Positions 38,386 through 48,496 of a stretch of 64,000 bases of DNA are shown one piece after another. A program made the position numbers and the translations under genes. The notes under the pieces were generated by a model. The model had not been told where the DNA came from and made no database searches. It worked only from the letters and a program-made list of their open reading frames with translations. Numbering within the stretch: position 1 is the first letter of the stretch; every line of letters starts with the position of its first letter. Source of the stretch: Eubacterium sp. UBA3782 (GTDB lineage: Bacteria; Bacillota; Clostridia; Lachnospirales; Lachnospiraceae); NCBI GenBank assembly GCA_002368795.1, contig DFFG01000003.1:1-64000 (forward strand), read 5' to 3'.

Positions 38386-39009
38386 ATGAGTGACACAACA
38401 ATGACCACAAGAGCAGCGGGAAAAACAGGCAACATCCGGTATATCGCCGTGACCGGCCTTCTGGCGGCAGCAGCCTATGTGCTGATGCTGATCGAGATTC
38501 CGGTCCCCATGCTGATGCCAAGCTTCATCAAATTTGACCTGTCTGATCTGCCCGCGCTGATAGGCGCCTTTGCCATGGGACCGCTGTGCGGCGTTCTGGT
38601 CGAGCTGATCAAGAACCTGCTCCATGTTCTGGTGACCCAGAGCTTTGGTGTGGGAGAGATCTCCAACTTCTTGCTGGGCGCAGTCTTCGCAGGGACGGCG
38701 GGAATGGTCTACCGGCTGAATCGGACAAAGAAGGGAGCCGTTGCAGGTGCCTTCATCGGCGCTCTGGTCATGGCCCTGATCTCGCTTCCGTCAAACTACT
38801 TTATTGTGTATCCGGTCTACTACAACTTCATGCCCGAGGATGTGATCCTTCAGGCTTATCAGGCCATTATCCCGTCCATGAAGAGCATCTTCCAGTGCCT
38901 GCTGTGCTTTAACGTACCCTTCACCTTTGTCAAGGGCATGATCGACGTGGTGATCACCTTCGTGATCTACAAGCACATCTCGCCGATCCTGAAAGGCACA
39001 GCCAAATAA
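38386..39009 (+). CDS. ribU: ECF-transporter substrate-specific (S) component, probably the riboflavin transporter
   Basis: About 200 aa with 6 TM helices immediately downstream of the FMN riboswitch. RBS GGAGAGGAGAG. Confidence 0.75.
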   Translation: MSDTTMTTRAAGKTGNIRYIAVTGLLAAAAYVLMLIEIPVPMLMPSFIKFDLSDLPALIGAFAMGPLCGVLVELIKNLLHVLVTQSFGVGEISNFLLGAVFAGTAGMVYRLNRTKKGAVAGAFIGALVMALISLPSNYFIVYPVYYNFMPEDVILQAYQAIIPSMKSIFQCLLCFNVPFTFVKGMIDVVITFVIYKHISPILKGTAK

Positions 39010-39042
39010 ACAAAGAAAAAGAAACAAAACAGAACGCACAGA

Positions 39043-39081
39043 GCTGCCGCACCCTATGCCAGGGGCGGCAGTTTCTTTTTG
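39043..39081 (+). terminator. ribU terminator (GCTGCCGCACCC tatgccag GGGGCGGCAG TTTCTTTTTG)
   Basis: GC-rich stem and a T-run. The stem shares the CTGCCGCAC motif with other terminators here. Confidence 0.6.
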
Positions 39082-39240
39082 CGCGATAAGACAGGAGAGG
39101 CGTTCTTGAATCTGCCCATTCGGCTGCGGAAATTTGCACTTGAAGAAAATAAATAGTATACTGTCAACGTAAGTCCGGGAAGGGATAGAAGGCACCAATT
39201 TTGGCTGCAGCACAGGCTTTCCGGCGGAAAGAGAAGAAGT

Positions 39241-39861
39241 ATGGCTGATATTGAAAAAATTACGAAGCTGACCGATGGCCGGTTCCTGAACATGTATCTG
39301 GTCCAGGGGCACAACAGCAAGGGCCATCACAGCAATTATTATGTGGCCTCCCGTGCAGAACAGATCGAGGATCTCAAGATCACGACGCGCCGGAACGATC
39401 CGGACGGGGTCGTTATCTACAGCCTTTACGGACCAGAGCGGGACAAGGTGATCCTGATCCGTCAGTATCGTTATCCCATCGATGATTTTGTTTACGAAAT
39501 GCCGGCAGGCCTGGTTGAAGCCGGAGAGGATTTCCATACGGCGGCCGTGCGGGAGATGCATGAGGAGACAGGCCTTATCTTTCACCCGGTCGAGGCAGAT
39601 CCGATGTTTGAAGAACCCAGATTCACCACCATAGGTCTGACGGATGAGTCCTGCGCGACGGTCTACGGCTGGTCCGATGGGGAGATCAGCGATGCCTTTC
39701 TGGAGCAGAGCGAGGAGCTTTCCGTGGTCGTTGCCGACAGGGCAGAGGCAGCACGGATCCTGCGGGAGGAGAAGGTTGCCCTGATCTGCGCTTATCACCT
39801 GATGCATTTTATACACGATCAGGAGCCGTTTGCTTTTCTGGAAGAGGGGAAAAGAGACTGA
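39241..39861 (+). CDS. NUDIX hydrolase (ADP-ribose pyrophosphatase-like)
   Basis: Nudix box AGLVEAGEDFHTAAVREMHEETGL. Confidence 0.75.
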   Translation: MADIEKITKLTDGRFLNMYLVQGHNSKGHHSNYYVASRAEQIEDLKITTRRNDPDGVVIYSLYGPERDKVILIRQYRYPIDDFVYEMPAGLVEAGEDFHTAAVREMHEETGLIFHPVEADPMFEEPRFTTIGLTDESCATVYGWSDGEISDAFLEQSEELSVVVADRAEAARILREEKVALICAYHLMHFIHDQEPFAFLEEGKRD

Positions 39862-40064
39862 CCGGCATGGCGTTCCTGGCAGGCAGGAGATGAGAAGCAG
39901 AGGCCGTGCATAGGAAAAGCCCGGACCTGGCAGATGACATCACGCCGGGATCTGGCAAATGGCGCATGACGGAGCCTGGCAGATGGCTCTGGCCTTGAGA
40001 TAATTAGCCATAAGTGGTATAATATTTTGTCGAATTTGTGAATACGTCCGTTAAGGAGATACAC

Positions 40065-41420
40065 ATGCAGATCATTATCATCGGCTGCGGCAAGGTCGGA
40101 AGGACCCTGATCGCCCAGCTGTCCAAAGAAGACAACAATCTTACAGTTATCGATCACAATGCAGAGCTTGTGCGAGACGTCTCCACGATCTATGACGTCA
40201 TGGGAATCGTTGGAAACGGCACCAGCTACAACGTCCTCAAGGAGGCTGATCTGGAGCATACGGATATGCTGATCGCCGTTACCCAGAGCGACGAAGTCAA
40301 TCTTCTGTGCTGCGTGATCGCAAAGCAGAAGGCAAACTGCCACACAATTGCCCGTGTGCGGAATCCGATCTACTCGACCGAGCGGCATTTCCTCCGCACA
40401 GAGCTCAAGCTTTCCATGATCATCAATCCCGAGCAGGAGGCAGCCCAGGAGATCGCCCGGCTGCTGCGCAATCCGAACGCCATCGAGGTCGATACCTTTG
40501 CAAAGGAAAGGATCGATCTTCTCCGGTTCCGCGTTCCCAATGATTCGATGATGATCGGCAAGGCGCTTCGCGACCTGACACAGCAGATCAACATGAATGT
40601 TCTGGTCTGCATTGCCGAGCGGAACAACATGGTCACCATCCCCAACGGCGATTACGTGGTGGAGCAGGGCGATATCCTGACCGTGATTTCTATGCCGGAT
40701 CAGGTGGACCGGCTGTTTCGGACCATCGGTGTCAAATCGAACCGGGTCAGCAGCTGCATGGTCGTCGGCGGCGGCGAGCTCACCTACTATCTGACAGAAT
40801 ATCTGCTCCGCATGGGTATTGATGTCAAGATCATCGAGAACAACAGAAAGCGCTGCGAAGAACTCAACGAGATGTTCCCGGATGCGACCATCGTCTGCGG
40901 AGACGGCAGCGATCAGGAGGTCCTCAACGAGGAACGGATCGAGAACATGGATGCCTTTGTCTCCTGTACAGGCATCGATGAGGTCAATGCCATCCTTTCC
41001 ATGTATGCCCAGAAAAAGGTGAAGAAGAAGGTAGTCACCAAGCTGAATCATGTGGAGTTCAACGAGGTAATCCAGAGCCTTGAGCTGGACAGTGTGATCA
41101 ATCCCAAGCAGCTGACGGCCCAGCGGATCATCCGCTACGTCCGTGCGACCAGAAATGTGGTCGGCAGCAATGTGGAGACGCTGTACCGTCTGATGAATGA
41201 CCGGGTCGAGGCCATCGAGTTCCTTATCAGCCCGGGATCAACGATCACCGGTATCTGCCTCAAGGATATGAAGATGAAGAACAATGTCCTGATCGCCGGT
41301 ATCGTCCGGAACGGCAGGCTGATCATCCCCCGCGGCACGACGACCTTCGAGGAGAATGACTCCGTTATCGTGGTCACGACGCATCTCGGGTTCAGTGAGA
41401 TCTACGATATCCTTCGTTAA
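40065..41420 (+). CDS. trkA: Trk-system potassium uptake NAD-binding protein
   Basis: MQIIIIGCGKVG Rossmann start, two RCK halves, RBS AAGGAG. Confidence 0.85.
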   Translation: MQIIIIGCGKVGRTLIAQLSKEDNNLTVIDHNAELVRDVSTIYDVMGIVGNGTSYNVLKEADLEHTDMLIAVTQSDEVNLLCCVIAKQKANCHTIARVRNPIYSTERHFLRTELKLSMIINPEQEAAQEIARLLRNPNAIEVDTFAKERIDLLRFRVPNDSMMIGKALRDLTQQINMNVLVCIAERNNMVTIPNGDYVVEQGDILTVISMPDQVDRLFRTIGVKSNRVSSCMVVGGGELTYYLTEYLLRMGIDVKIIENNRKRCEELNEMFPDATIVCGDGSDQEVLNEERIENMDAFVSCTGIDEVNAILSMYAQKKVKKKVVTKLNHVEFNEVIQSLELDSVINPKQLTAQRIIRYVRATRNVVGSNVETLYRLMNDRVEAIEFLISPGSTITGICLKDMKMKNNVLIAGIVRNGRLIIPRGTTTFEENDSVIVVTTHLGFSEIYDILR

Positions 41421-41462
41421 TCCATTCTATTTGAAAAACTGTTTTGGAAAGGCAATCTGGCC

Positions 41463-42905
41463 GTGAATTACAGAGTTGTAGGTTTTATATTGGCATGGGT
41501 GTTCCGTGTCGTGGGCATGCTGATGCTTTTGCCCTGTCTGATCGCCCTGGTCTACCGGGAGAGTGAGGGCTGGATCTATCTGCTCCTTGCCCTGATCGCG
41601 CTGGCAGCAGGCAGTCTTATGTCTATGTGGAAGCCAAAGAACATGGCGATCTATCAGAAGGAAGGCTATATCGCCGTCGGACTGTCCTGGCTGCTGATGG
41701 GTGCATACGGTGCCATCCCATTTGTCCTGACGGGGGAGATCCCCTTCTATATCGATGCGCTCTTTGAGATCGTCTCCGGCTTTACCACCACCGGATCCTC
41801 CATCCTGACGGATGTGGAAGCCCTGTCCCATGTGTCACTGTTCTGGAGAAGTTTCTCCCACTGGATCGGCGGCATGGGTGTTCTGGTCTTCATTCTGATG
41901 ATGATCCCCTCCGGAAACGGCGGATCTCACATGAATCTGATGAAAGCGGAAAGCCCGGGTCCGGATGTGTCCAAATTCGTTCCCAGAGTGCGGAATACGG
42001 CAATGATCCTTTACCGGATCTACCTGATCATGACGATCATGGAGATCGCCATTCTGCTGCTGTCGGGCATGCACTGGTTCGATACCCTGTGTCTGACCTT
42101 TGGCTCCGCCGGCACAGGTGGCTTCGGTATTCTGAACACCAGTGTCGCGTCCTACACCCCGCTTCAGCAGTGGATCATCACGATATTTATCACAGCTTTT
42201 GGCGTAAACTTCAGCTTTTATTATCTGATCCTGACGAAGAAATACCTTGACGCCTTCCGGATGGAAGAGGTGCGTACCTATCTGCTCATCGTCCTTGCAG
42301 CAGGCCTGGTGATCATGTGGGATCTCCGCGGCATGTACCGGACCATTGAGGAGACCGCCCGGGCATCCTTTTTCCAGGTGGCCAGCATCATCACGACGAC
42401 CGGTTTTTCTACGGTTGATTTCAACCAGTGGCCGGCAGTCTCAAAGACGGTTCTGGTCGCACTGATGGTCATCGGAGCCTGTGCGGGCAGTACTGGCGGC
42501 GGAGTAAAGGTAAGCCGTGTTATCATCGTGTTTAAATCCATCAAAGAGGAGCTTCACACCCTGGTCCATCCCAGAAGTGTGCGGCACCTGCGTATGGACG
42601 GCCACGTGATCCCGGAAAAAACGGTGCGCTCGACTTACGTATTCTTTATCACGTATTTCCTGATTTTTGCCCTGTCGATCCTGTTGATCAGCTTCAACGG
42701 ATTTTCCTTCGAGACGAATTTCACCGCGGTATGCGCGACGCTGAACAACATTGGTCCTGGACTTGATATGGTCGGCCCCGCCGCCAACTTCAGCCTTTTC
42801 CATCCCCTGGCAAAGGTCGTCCTGATCTTCGATATGCTGGCCGGCCGCCTGGAGCTGCTGCCCATGCTGATCGTCTTTTACCCGGGCGCATGGAAAAAGC
42901 ATTAG
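41463..42905 (+). CDS. trkH: Trk/Ktr-family potassium transporter membrane subunit
   Basis: 480-aa polytopic protein with TrkH-like selectivity-loop glycines (TTGFS, GSAGTGGFG, TTTGFST, GSTGGGVK). Confidence 0.85.
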   Translation: MNYRVVGFILAWVFRVVGMLMLLPCLIALVYRESEGWIYLLLALIALAAGSLMSMWKPKNMAIYQKEGYIAVGLSWLLMGAYGAIPFVLTGEIPFYIDALFEIVSGFTTTGSSILTDVEALSHVSLFWRSFSHWIGGMGVLVFILMMIPSGNGGSHMNLMKAESPGPDVSKFVPRVRNTAMILYRIYLIMTIMEIAILLLSGMHWFDTLCLTFGSAGTGGFGILNTSVASYTPLQQWIITIFITAFGVNFSFYYLILTKKYLDAFRMEEVRTYLLIVLAAGLVIMWDLRGMYRTIEETARASFFQVASIITTTGFSTVDFNQWPAVSKTVLVALMVIGACAGSTGGGVKVSRVIIVFKSIKEELHTLVHPRSVRHLRMDGHVIPEKTVRSTYVFFITYFLIFALSILLISFNGFSFETNFTAVCATLNNIGPGLDMVGPAANFSLFHPLAKVVLIFDMLAGRLELLPMLIVFYPGAWKKH

Positions 42906-42953
42906 ACAAAAAGAAGCAAAGCAATACACCAGGCAGTCATGGAGGTAGTAAGG

Positions 42954-44012
42954 ATGGCCGACTGGAGAGATAATGTAAGGCGCGTCGTGCCCTATGTGGC
43001 AGGAGAGCAGCCAAACTGGCCGGACATGGTCAAGCTGAATACAAATGAAAACCCCTACCCGCCTGCACCTGGGGCGGCAGAGGTGCTGAAAAACATGAAT
43101 ACGGAGCAGATGCGTCTGTATCCGGATCCCACAGCCGGTGATCTGGTGAAGGCCATCGCGGCGTACTACGGCGTCGATCCGGAGCAGGTCTTTGTGGGCG
43201 TCGGCTCAGATGATGTCATCGCCATGGCCTTTATGACCTTCTTCAATTCTGACAAGCCGATCCTGTTTCCGGACATCAGCTATTCCTTCTACGAGGTCTG
43301 GGCTGACTGCTTCCGGATCCCATACCGGCAGGTGCCGCTGGATGCAGATTTCAAGCTGCAGCCGGCAGACTATTCTGCAGAAAACGGAGGCATCATCTTC
43401 CCAAATCCCAATGCCCCCACCGGCATCGCCCTGGAGCCGGATGCCGTGGAATCAATCGTCCGCAGCAATCCCGGTTCGGTCGTCATCGTAGATGAGGCCT
43501 ATGTGGATTTTGGAACGGCATCCGCCCTTCCTCTTCTGGAGAAATATGACAATCTCCTGGTCGTACAGACCTTCTCGAAATCACGGTCCATGGCCGGCAT
43601 GCGGATCGGTTTTGCCATCGGCAGCCGTGAGCTGATCGCCTGTATGCAGGACGTCAAGTACTCCGTCAATTCCTACACAATGAACCGGCCGTCGATCCTG
43701 ATGGGAAAGGCCGTGATGGAGGATGAGGCATACTTCAGGGAGACCTGTAAAAAGATCATCCAGACCCGCGAGTGGGCAAAGGAAGAACTGGAAAAGCTTG
43801 GCTTTACGCTCACGGATTCCAAAACAAATTTCCTGTTCGCGTCCCACAGAAGCGTCCCTGCAAAGAAGCTCTTCCAGATGCTGAGAGAGAAGCACATCTT
43901 TGTCCGGTACTTCGACCGGCCGCGGATCGACAATTATCTGAGGATCACCATCGGCACAAAAGAAGAGATGGAGATCCTGCTGGCGGCCCTCCGCACATAT
44001 CTGAACAAATAA
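42954..44012 (+). CDS. hisC: Histidinol-phosphate aminotransferase
   Basis: LNTNENPYPP and FSKSRSMAGMRIGF (PLP Lys). GGAGG sits 9 nt before the ATG at 42954. Confidence 0.85.
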   Translation: MADWRDNVRRVVPYVAGEQPNWPDMVKLNTNENPYPPAPGAAEVLKNMNTEQMRLYPDPTAGDLVKAIAAYYGVDPEQVFVGVGSDDVIAMAFMTFFNSDKPILFPDISYSFYEVWADCFRIPYRQVPLDADFKLQPADYSAENGGIIFPNPNAPTGIALEPDAVESIVRSNPGSVVIVDEAYVDFGTASALPLLEKYDNLLVVQTFSKSRSMAGMRIGFAIGSRELIACMQDVKYSVNSYTMNRPSILMGKAVMEDEAYFRETCKKIIQTREWAKEELEKLGFTLTDSKTNFLFASHRSVPAKKLFQMLREKHIFVRYFDRPRIDNYLRITIGTKEEMEILLAALRTYLNK

Positions 44013-44017
44013 AAGCA

Positions 44018-44199
44018 GGGGCTGCCGCACCACGAAGAGAAAAGCGTGCATAAACATTCTGAAGGGAACATCCGCAGTGCCGGTACTTGGAGGAATCCTT
44101 TTTTAGGAGTCTGACGTAGTACCGCTGCACTTTGGACAGAGCGGGAGCGTTTCCCGAAAGAATATTTATGCACGTTATACTTCGCGGTGCGGCAGCCCC
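44018..44199. repeat. R2 element, copy 1 (reverse orientation). About 150-nt core with ~20-bp TIRs (AAAGCGTGCATAAAYATTCT), nested inside a 14-bp inverted repeat GGGGCTGCCGCACC/GGTGCGGCAGCCCC.
   Basis: Core shared with 46972-47147 and 57847-58014. The flanking stems differ per copy but are always complementary. Confidence 0.75.
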
Positions 44200-44267
44200 T
44201 GATTCATTTTCATGGATTGCGAGCTGTCGGATACGTTTTATGCTGCTGTGCAGCAGGTCTGCCGGAC

Positions 44268-44918
44268 CTAGTTGTGGTGGCCGATGCGGACGATGTGGCT
44301 GTGGCGCAGGCCGGTGATCCAGTCAACGTCATCGGTGAACCAGCTCATGATCTCCAGCATGCGCTTTTCCCATGCGATGGAGCTCTCCTTGTCCGCCTCT
44401 GTCGGCTCAGTCTCCATGGTCACGTCGATCTCGTCATAGCCAAAGATATATTCGCCGGCATTCCAGATGGAGAAGTTGCTGTCGGGACCAACAGTGATCT
44501 TGTCTCCGCGGGCCTCAACAAGAGCGTCGTGGCGGCGTTTGTATTCTTCCTGTGCACCGGGGATCAGCTTTGTGGCAAAGACACGATGGCGGATCAGCTC
44601 CTTGTTAGGACGGACGATGCCGAAATCCTGGTACATCAGGCGCATCTCTTCCATGGGAGAGGAGATCCATTCAAAGGTATCCCCCATGCGTTCCACCAGA
44701 TGGGTATATTCTTCCTTCTGGGCGGCGGAAGGACGCGGAGTAAAAATATCATCTTCATAATAGCCAAAGACCAGGTCGTCGATCTGCCACAGGCTGAAAT
44801 TGGAAAACTCCAGGTCGTCCATCAGATGAGTCAGATCGTTCCAGATCTTTCCGAGACCGGAACGGAAATCGTTGAATTTGCCGGGCTTGATCTTGAGCGC
44901 AAAGGCATGTCTTTCCAT
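44268..44918 (-). CDS. Tandem-domain L-rhamnose mutarotase-family protein (two about 100-aa RhaM-like repeats)
   Basis: The second repeat RHRVFATKLIPGAQEEYKRRHD resembles the E. coli YiiL N-terminus [22 protein letters not shown]. The first repeat is analogous. Confidence 0.55.
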   Translation of the reverse strand: MERHAFALKIKPGKFNDFRSGLGKIWNDLTHLMDDLEFSNFSLWQIDDLVFGYYEDDIFTPRPSAAQKEEYTHLVERMGDTFEWISSPMEEMRLMYQDFGIVRPNKELIRHRVFATKLIPGAQEEYKRRHDALVEARGDKITVGPDSNFSIWNAGEYIFGYDEIDVTMETEPTEADKESSIAWEKRMLEIMSWFTDDVDWITGLRHSHIVRIGHHN

Positions 44919-45190
44919 AGCGTTAATCCTTTCTTCCTCAGCAGATATGAAAAAGATCAGAGAGCTTTTCGAGTGCCGGCATCCGGCAGGAAGCCGCTGA
45001 TCATATGCCTATTATACTGCCCGCAGACCGGGGAAATCAAGGAGATATGGCCTCTTTCCACTGATGGCGGGAGATGATATACTAAGATGACGGCACAGAT
45101 GTTCCCACCTTCCGGGAAACGCAGAAATGGCTGTGTGCCGGCCGTATGACCGGCCGAAAAGAATGAAACAAACAGAAAGCAGAAATAAAA

Positions 45191-46081
45191 ATGGATAATG
45201 AACTGAAATTTGCGATCCTGATCGACGCAGATAATGTGACCGATAAATATATCAAGATTATATTGGAGGAGACCGCGAACTATGGCATCGCGACCTACAA
45301 GCGGATCTACGGCGACTGGACCAGCACCAGGATGAAGTCCTGGAAGCCGGTGCTTCTGGATAATTCGATCATACCGATCCAGCAGTACAGCTACACCACG
45401 GGAAAGAATGCGACGGATTCGGCGATGATCATCGATGCGATGGATATCCTGTATTCCAATACGGTGGACGGGTTCTGCATCGTATCTTCCGACAGCGATT
45501 TTACCCGCCTTGTCGCCCGTCTGAGGGAGGACGGCAAGCAGGTCATCGGCATGGGCGAGAGCAAGACGCCGCAGCCCTTTGTTTCGGCCTGCAACCAGTT
45601 TAAATACCTGGACATGCTCTACGAGCAGAGGCAGCAGGAGGCAGCCGAGGAGGCAGCGGCAGAGGAAGCGGCGGCAGCGGCAGCAGCGGCGGAGGAAGCA
45701 AAGACCACCACCCGCCGGACTTCAAAGAAGAAGACGGCCGCGTCAACGGCAAAGACAAAGGAACAGAAGGAAAAGGAGCAGAAGGAGAAGAAGGAGCTGG
45801 AAAAGAAGCGGCAGAAGGACCTGAACCGTGTCAGGAACACTCTGAATGCAACCATCGAAAAGTTCTCTGACGAGGATGGATGGATCTTCTCCGGAAAGCT
45901 GGGTGACCAGCTGGCCAAGCGTATGCCGGAATTTGATGTCCGGAACTTTGGCTTCAACAAATTCACCTCCTTTATCAAGTCTCTGGGAACCTATGAGTTT
46001 ACTTCCAGGAACGATTCCAACGGACAGAAACAGATCTACTTCCGCCTGAAGACAAAGGGTGACAAGGGCGAACAGAAATAA
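45191..46081 (+). CDS. NYN-domain (LabA-like) protein with a Lys/Glu/Ala low-complexity linker and a C-terminal OST-HTH/LOTUS-like domain
   Basis: AILIDADNV...CIVSSDSDF, characteristic of NYN nucleases. Confidence 0.65.
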   Translation: MDNELKFAILIDADNVTDKYIKIILEETANYGIATYKRIYGDWTSTRMKSWKPVLLDNSIIPIQQYSYTTGKNATDSAMIIDAMDILYSNTVDGFCIVSSDSDFTRLVARLREDGKQVIGMGESKTPQPFVSACNQFKYLDMLYEQRQQEAAEEAAAEEAAAAAAAAEEAKTTTRRTSKKKTAASTAKTKEQKEKEQKEKKELEKKRQKDLNRVRNTLNATIEKFSDEDGWIFSGKLGDQLAKRMPEFDVRNFGFNKFTSFIKSLGTYEFTSRNDSNGQKQIYFRLKTKGDKGEQK

Positions 46082-46094
46082 GGAAATACGAAAT

Positions 46095-46934
46095 ATGAAA
46101 TTTACCAAGATGCAGGGCTGCGGAAATGACTATGTCTATGTGAACTGTTTTGAGGAGACGGTGGAGGATCCGGCAGCTGCCGCGATCCGTGTGAGCGACC
46201 GCCACTTCGGCATTGGCTCAGACGGGCTGATCCTGCTCAAACCCTCAGATATCGCCGACTGCGAGATGGATATGTACAATCTGGACGGCTCCAGAGGCGC
46301 GATGTGCGGAAACGGGATCCGCTGTGTGGCCAAGCTGGCCTACGACAGCGGCTGCGTCAGAAAGGAGCGGATGTCCATCGCCACGATGAGCGGGATCAAG
46401 ATCATCGATCTGACCGTCGAAAATGGCCGGGCGGTGGCAGCCCGGGTAAATATGGGTGCGCCGATTCTCGAGCCGGAGAAGATCCCCGTGCTGACAGAAG
46501 GCCGGACAGCGATCAATGTGCCGATCACGGTAGATGACAAAGAATACCGTTTTACCGGTGTATCGATGGGCAATCCCCATGCCGTGATCTTTATGGACGG
46601 GATCCGCGCATTAAAGCTGGAGGAGTTCGGCCCGAAATTCGAATGCCACCCGCTGTTCCCGGACCGGGTCAATACAGAGTTCATTGAGGTCGTGGACAGA
46701 CACACCCTCAATATGCGGGTATGGGAAAGGGGCTCAGGAGAGACCCTTGCCTGCGGCACCGGCGCCTGCGCAGCTGCCGTTGCGGCCATACTGAACGGAA
46801 AAGTCGATGGAGACTGCCCGGTGAAGGTCCGCCTGCTCGGCGGCGAGCTGACGATCGAGTGGGACCGCAGCGAAAATACGGTCTACATGACCGGACCGGC
46901 AGTCACAGTCTTCACCGGAGAGATCGAACTGTAA
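46095..46934 (+). CDS. dapF: Diaminopimelate epimerase
   Basis: MKFTKMQGCGNDYV and GAMCGNGIRC catalytic-cysteine motifs. Confidence 0.85.
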   Translation: MKFTKMQGCGNDYVYVNCFEETVEDPAAAAIRVSDRHFGIGSDGLILLKPSDIADCEMDMYNLDGSRGAMCGNGIRCVAKLAYDSGCVRKERMSIATMSGIKIIDLTVENGRAVAARVNMGAPILEPEKIPVLTEGRTAINVPITVDDKEYRFTGVSMGNPHAVIFMDGIRALKLEEFGPKFECHPLFPDRVNTEFIEVVDRHTLNMRVWERGSGETLACGTGACAAAVAAILNGKVDGDCPVKVRLLGGELTIEWDRSENTVYMTGPAVTVFTGEIEL

Positions 46935-46971
46935 AGGCAGCCGCATATAAGGGCAGTATGCCCCAAAAAAA

Positions 46972-47147
46972 GGAGCTGCCGCACGGAAAATAAGATGGGC
47001 ATAAATATTCTTACGGGAAACGCTCTCGCTCTGTCCTCGTGCAGCGGTACTACGTCGGAATCCTAAAAAGGATTCCTCCAAGTACCGGCACTGCGGATGT
47101 TCCCTTCAGAATGTTTATGCCCTCTCTCGTTTCCGTGCGGCAGCCCC
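46972..47147. repeat. R2 element, copy 2 (forward orientation), inside the stem GGAGCTGCCGCACGG / CCGTGCGGCAGCCCC. The stem is flanked by A7 on one side and TTTT on the other, so it acts as a bidirectional terminator.
   Basis: Central hairpin GGAATCCtaaaaaGGATTCC. The TIRs are GGGCATAAATATTCT and AGAATGTTTATGCCC. Confidence 0.75.
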
Positions 47148-47150
47148 TTT

Positions 47151-48287
47151 TCAGTCGTAGTCATCCAGAAAACTGTGGCGCACACCGCCCTGTTTATAGC
47201 CCAGGACGGCGTCCAGATGAATGTTTTCCATGCTGCGGAAGATGTTGCCCTCCACGTTTTCATTTGTTTTCTTCAGCTGGGCGATCAGCTGCTTGGCTTC
47301 GATCCGCTTGGAACTGCTGTCTCCGGACGCCTCGTGGGCGATCGTCTCTGTGAAGTGGCAGGCACAGCGGATAAAATGCAGATCGTTTTCGTCCCGCCAG
47401 CGCTTGATGTCGTCCTCCCGGATGAGGTACATCGGGCGGATCAGCTCCATGCCCTCAAAATTCATGCTGTGGAGTTTGGGCATCATGGTCTGGGTCTGGC
47501 CGCTGTATAGGATGCTCATGAGGGTCGTCTCGATGACATCATCATAATGGTGCCCGAGGGCGATCTTGTTGCAGCCCAGTTCCTTTGCCTTGCTGTAGAG
47601 ATACCCCCTGCGCATGCGGGCACAGATGTAGCAGGGTGAGTGGGGGATCGTGTCGACCGCATCGAAGATGCGGGAGGAAAACATGGTCAGCGGGATGCCG
47701 AGCAGACGTGCGTTTTCCTGAATCATGCCAAGCGTCGCCGGGCTGTAGCCGGGGTCCATGCAGAGAAATACCGTCTCAAAGTTAAACTTGTTCCGGCGGC
47801 GGATCTCCTGGAAGAGTTTGGCCATCAGCATGGAGTCCTTGCCTCCGGAAATGCAGACGGCGACACGATCGCCGGGGGAGAGCAGTTCATAGTCGGAGAT
47901 CGCTTTTACAAAGCGGCTGGTGATCCGCTTGGAAAAACGTTTGCGAAGACTTTTTTCGATGAGCTCTCTGCGTTCCTCTACATCGGTGATCTGCTGAAGC
48001 TGTCCCACCAGCCACTGACCGTAGCCGCCGGACAGGTGCCAGACCGACAGATCGCCATCCTGGAGCTTTTCTGCAGTGCGCAGAGACATTCCGCCAAACA
48101 TGCAGAAAATGACAGGCTTTTTGCCGGCAGGAAGAGCAGCACGGTCGCTTTCCAGTTCTTCCCGGGTGATGTGGACCGCTCCCGGAAGACTGCCCTGGCG
48201 GAAGGATTCCTCATCCCGGATATCGATAAGTATATATTCCGAAGGATCCCAGCTTTGCAGCTCCTCCGGTGACACAGACTGGATCAT
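47151..48287 (-). CDS. Fusion of a rhodanese (sulfurtransferase) domain to a TtcA/TilS-like PP-loop tRNA thiolation enzyme (tRNA 2-thiocytidine synthetase-like)
   Basis: N-terminal rhodanese region. PP-loop SGGKDS and the TtcA-type C-terminal CxxC pairs. Start chosen at MIQSVSPEEL with RBS GAGGTG. Confidence 0.7.
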   Translation of the reverse strand: MIQSVSPEELQSWDPSEYILIDIRDEESFRQGSLPGAVHITREELESDRAALPAGKKPVIFCMFGGMSLRTAEKLQDGDLSVWHLSGGYGQWLVGQLQQITDVEERRELIEKSLRKRFSKRITSRFVKAISDYELLSPGDRVAVCISGGKDSMLMAKLFQEIRRRNKFNFETVFLCMDPGYSPATLGMIQENARLLGIPLTMFSSRIFDAVDTIPHSPCYICARMRRGYLYSKAKELGCNKIALGHHYDDVIETTLMSILYSGQTQTMMPKLHSMNFEGMELIRPMYLIREDDIKRWRDENDLHFIRCACHFTETIAHEASGDSSSKRIEAKQLIAQLKKTNENVEGNIFRSMENIHLDAVLGYKQGGVRHSFLDDYD

Positions 48288-48496
48288 AGAGAGACACCTC
48301 ACACCCGCATGCCCTGCGGGCTTTTTCATATGCATTAGAAATATGCTTATTATAGCGGCCGTGCCTGAGAATTGCAACCAGCCGGGAGGCCAATATACAA
48401 CCAGTGGGAATGCCTTGGCCAGATGTTTCCCAGGTATCGCCAATTATGGTATAATCAATTGAATTTATGTGTTTTGCCACACAGGAGGATTTTGAT

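Noticed and set aside
38791-41051. Two long minus-strand ORFs (341 and 410 aa)
   Set aside because: They are antisense to ribU, the Nudix gene and trkA, with no motifs.
43934-44173. Small ORFs inside R2 copies (43934-44173 minus, 47039-47353 plus, 57771-57989 minus)
   Set aside because: The ORFs are on different strands and frames in different copies. Conservation is at the nucleotide and hairpin level, so they are not protein-coding.
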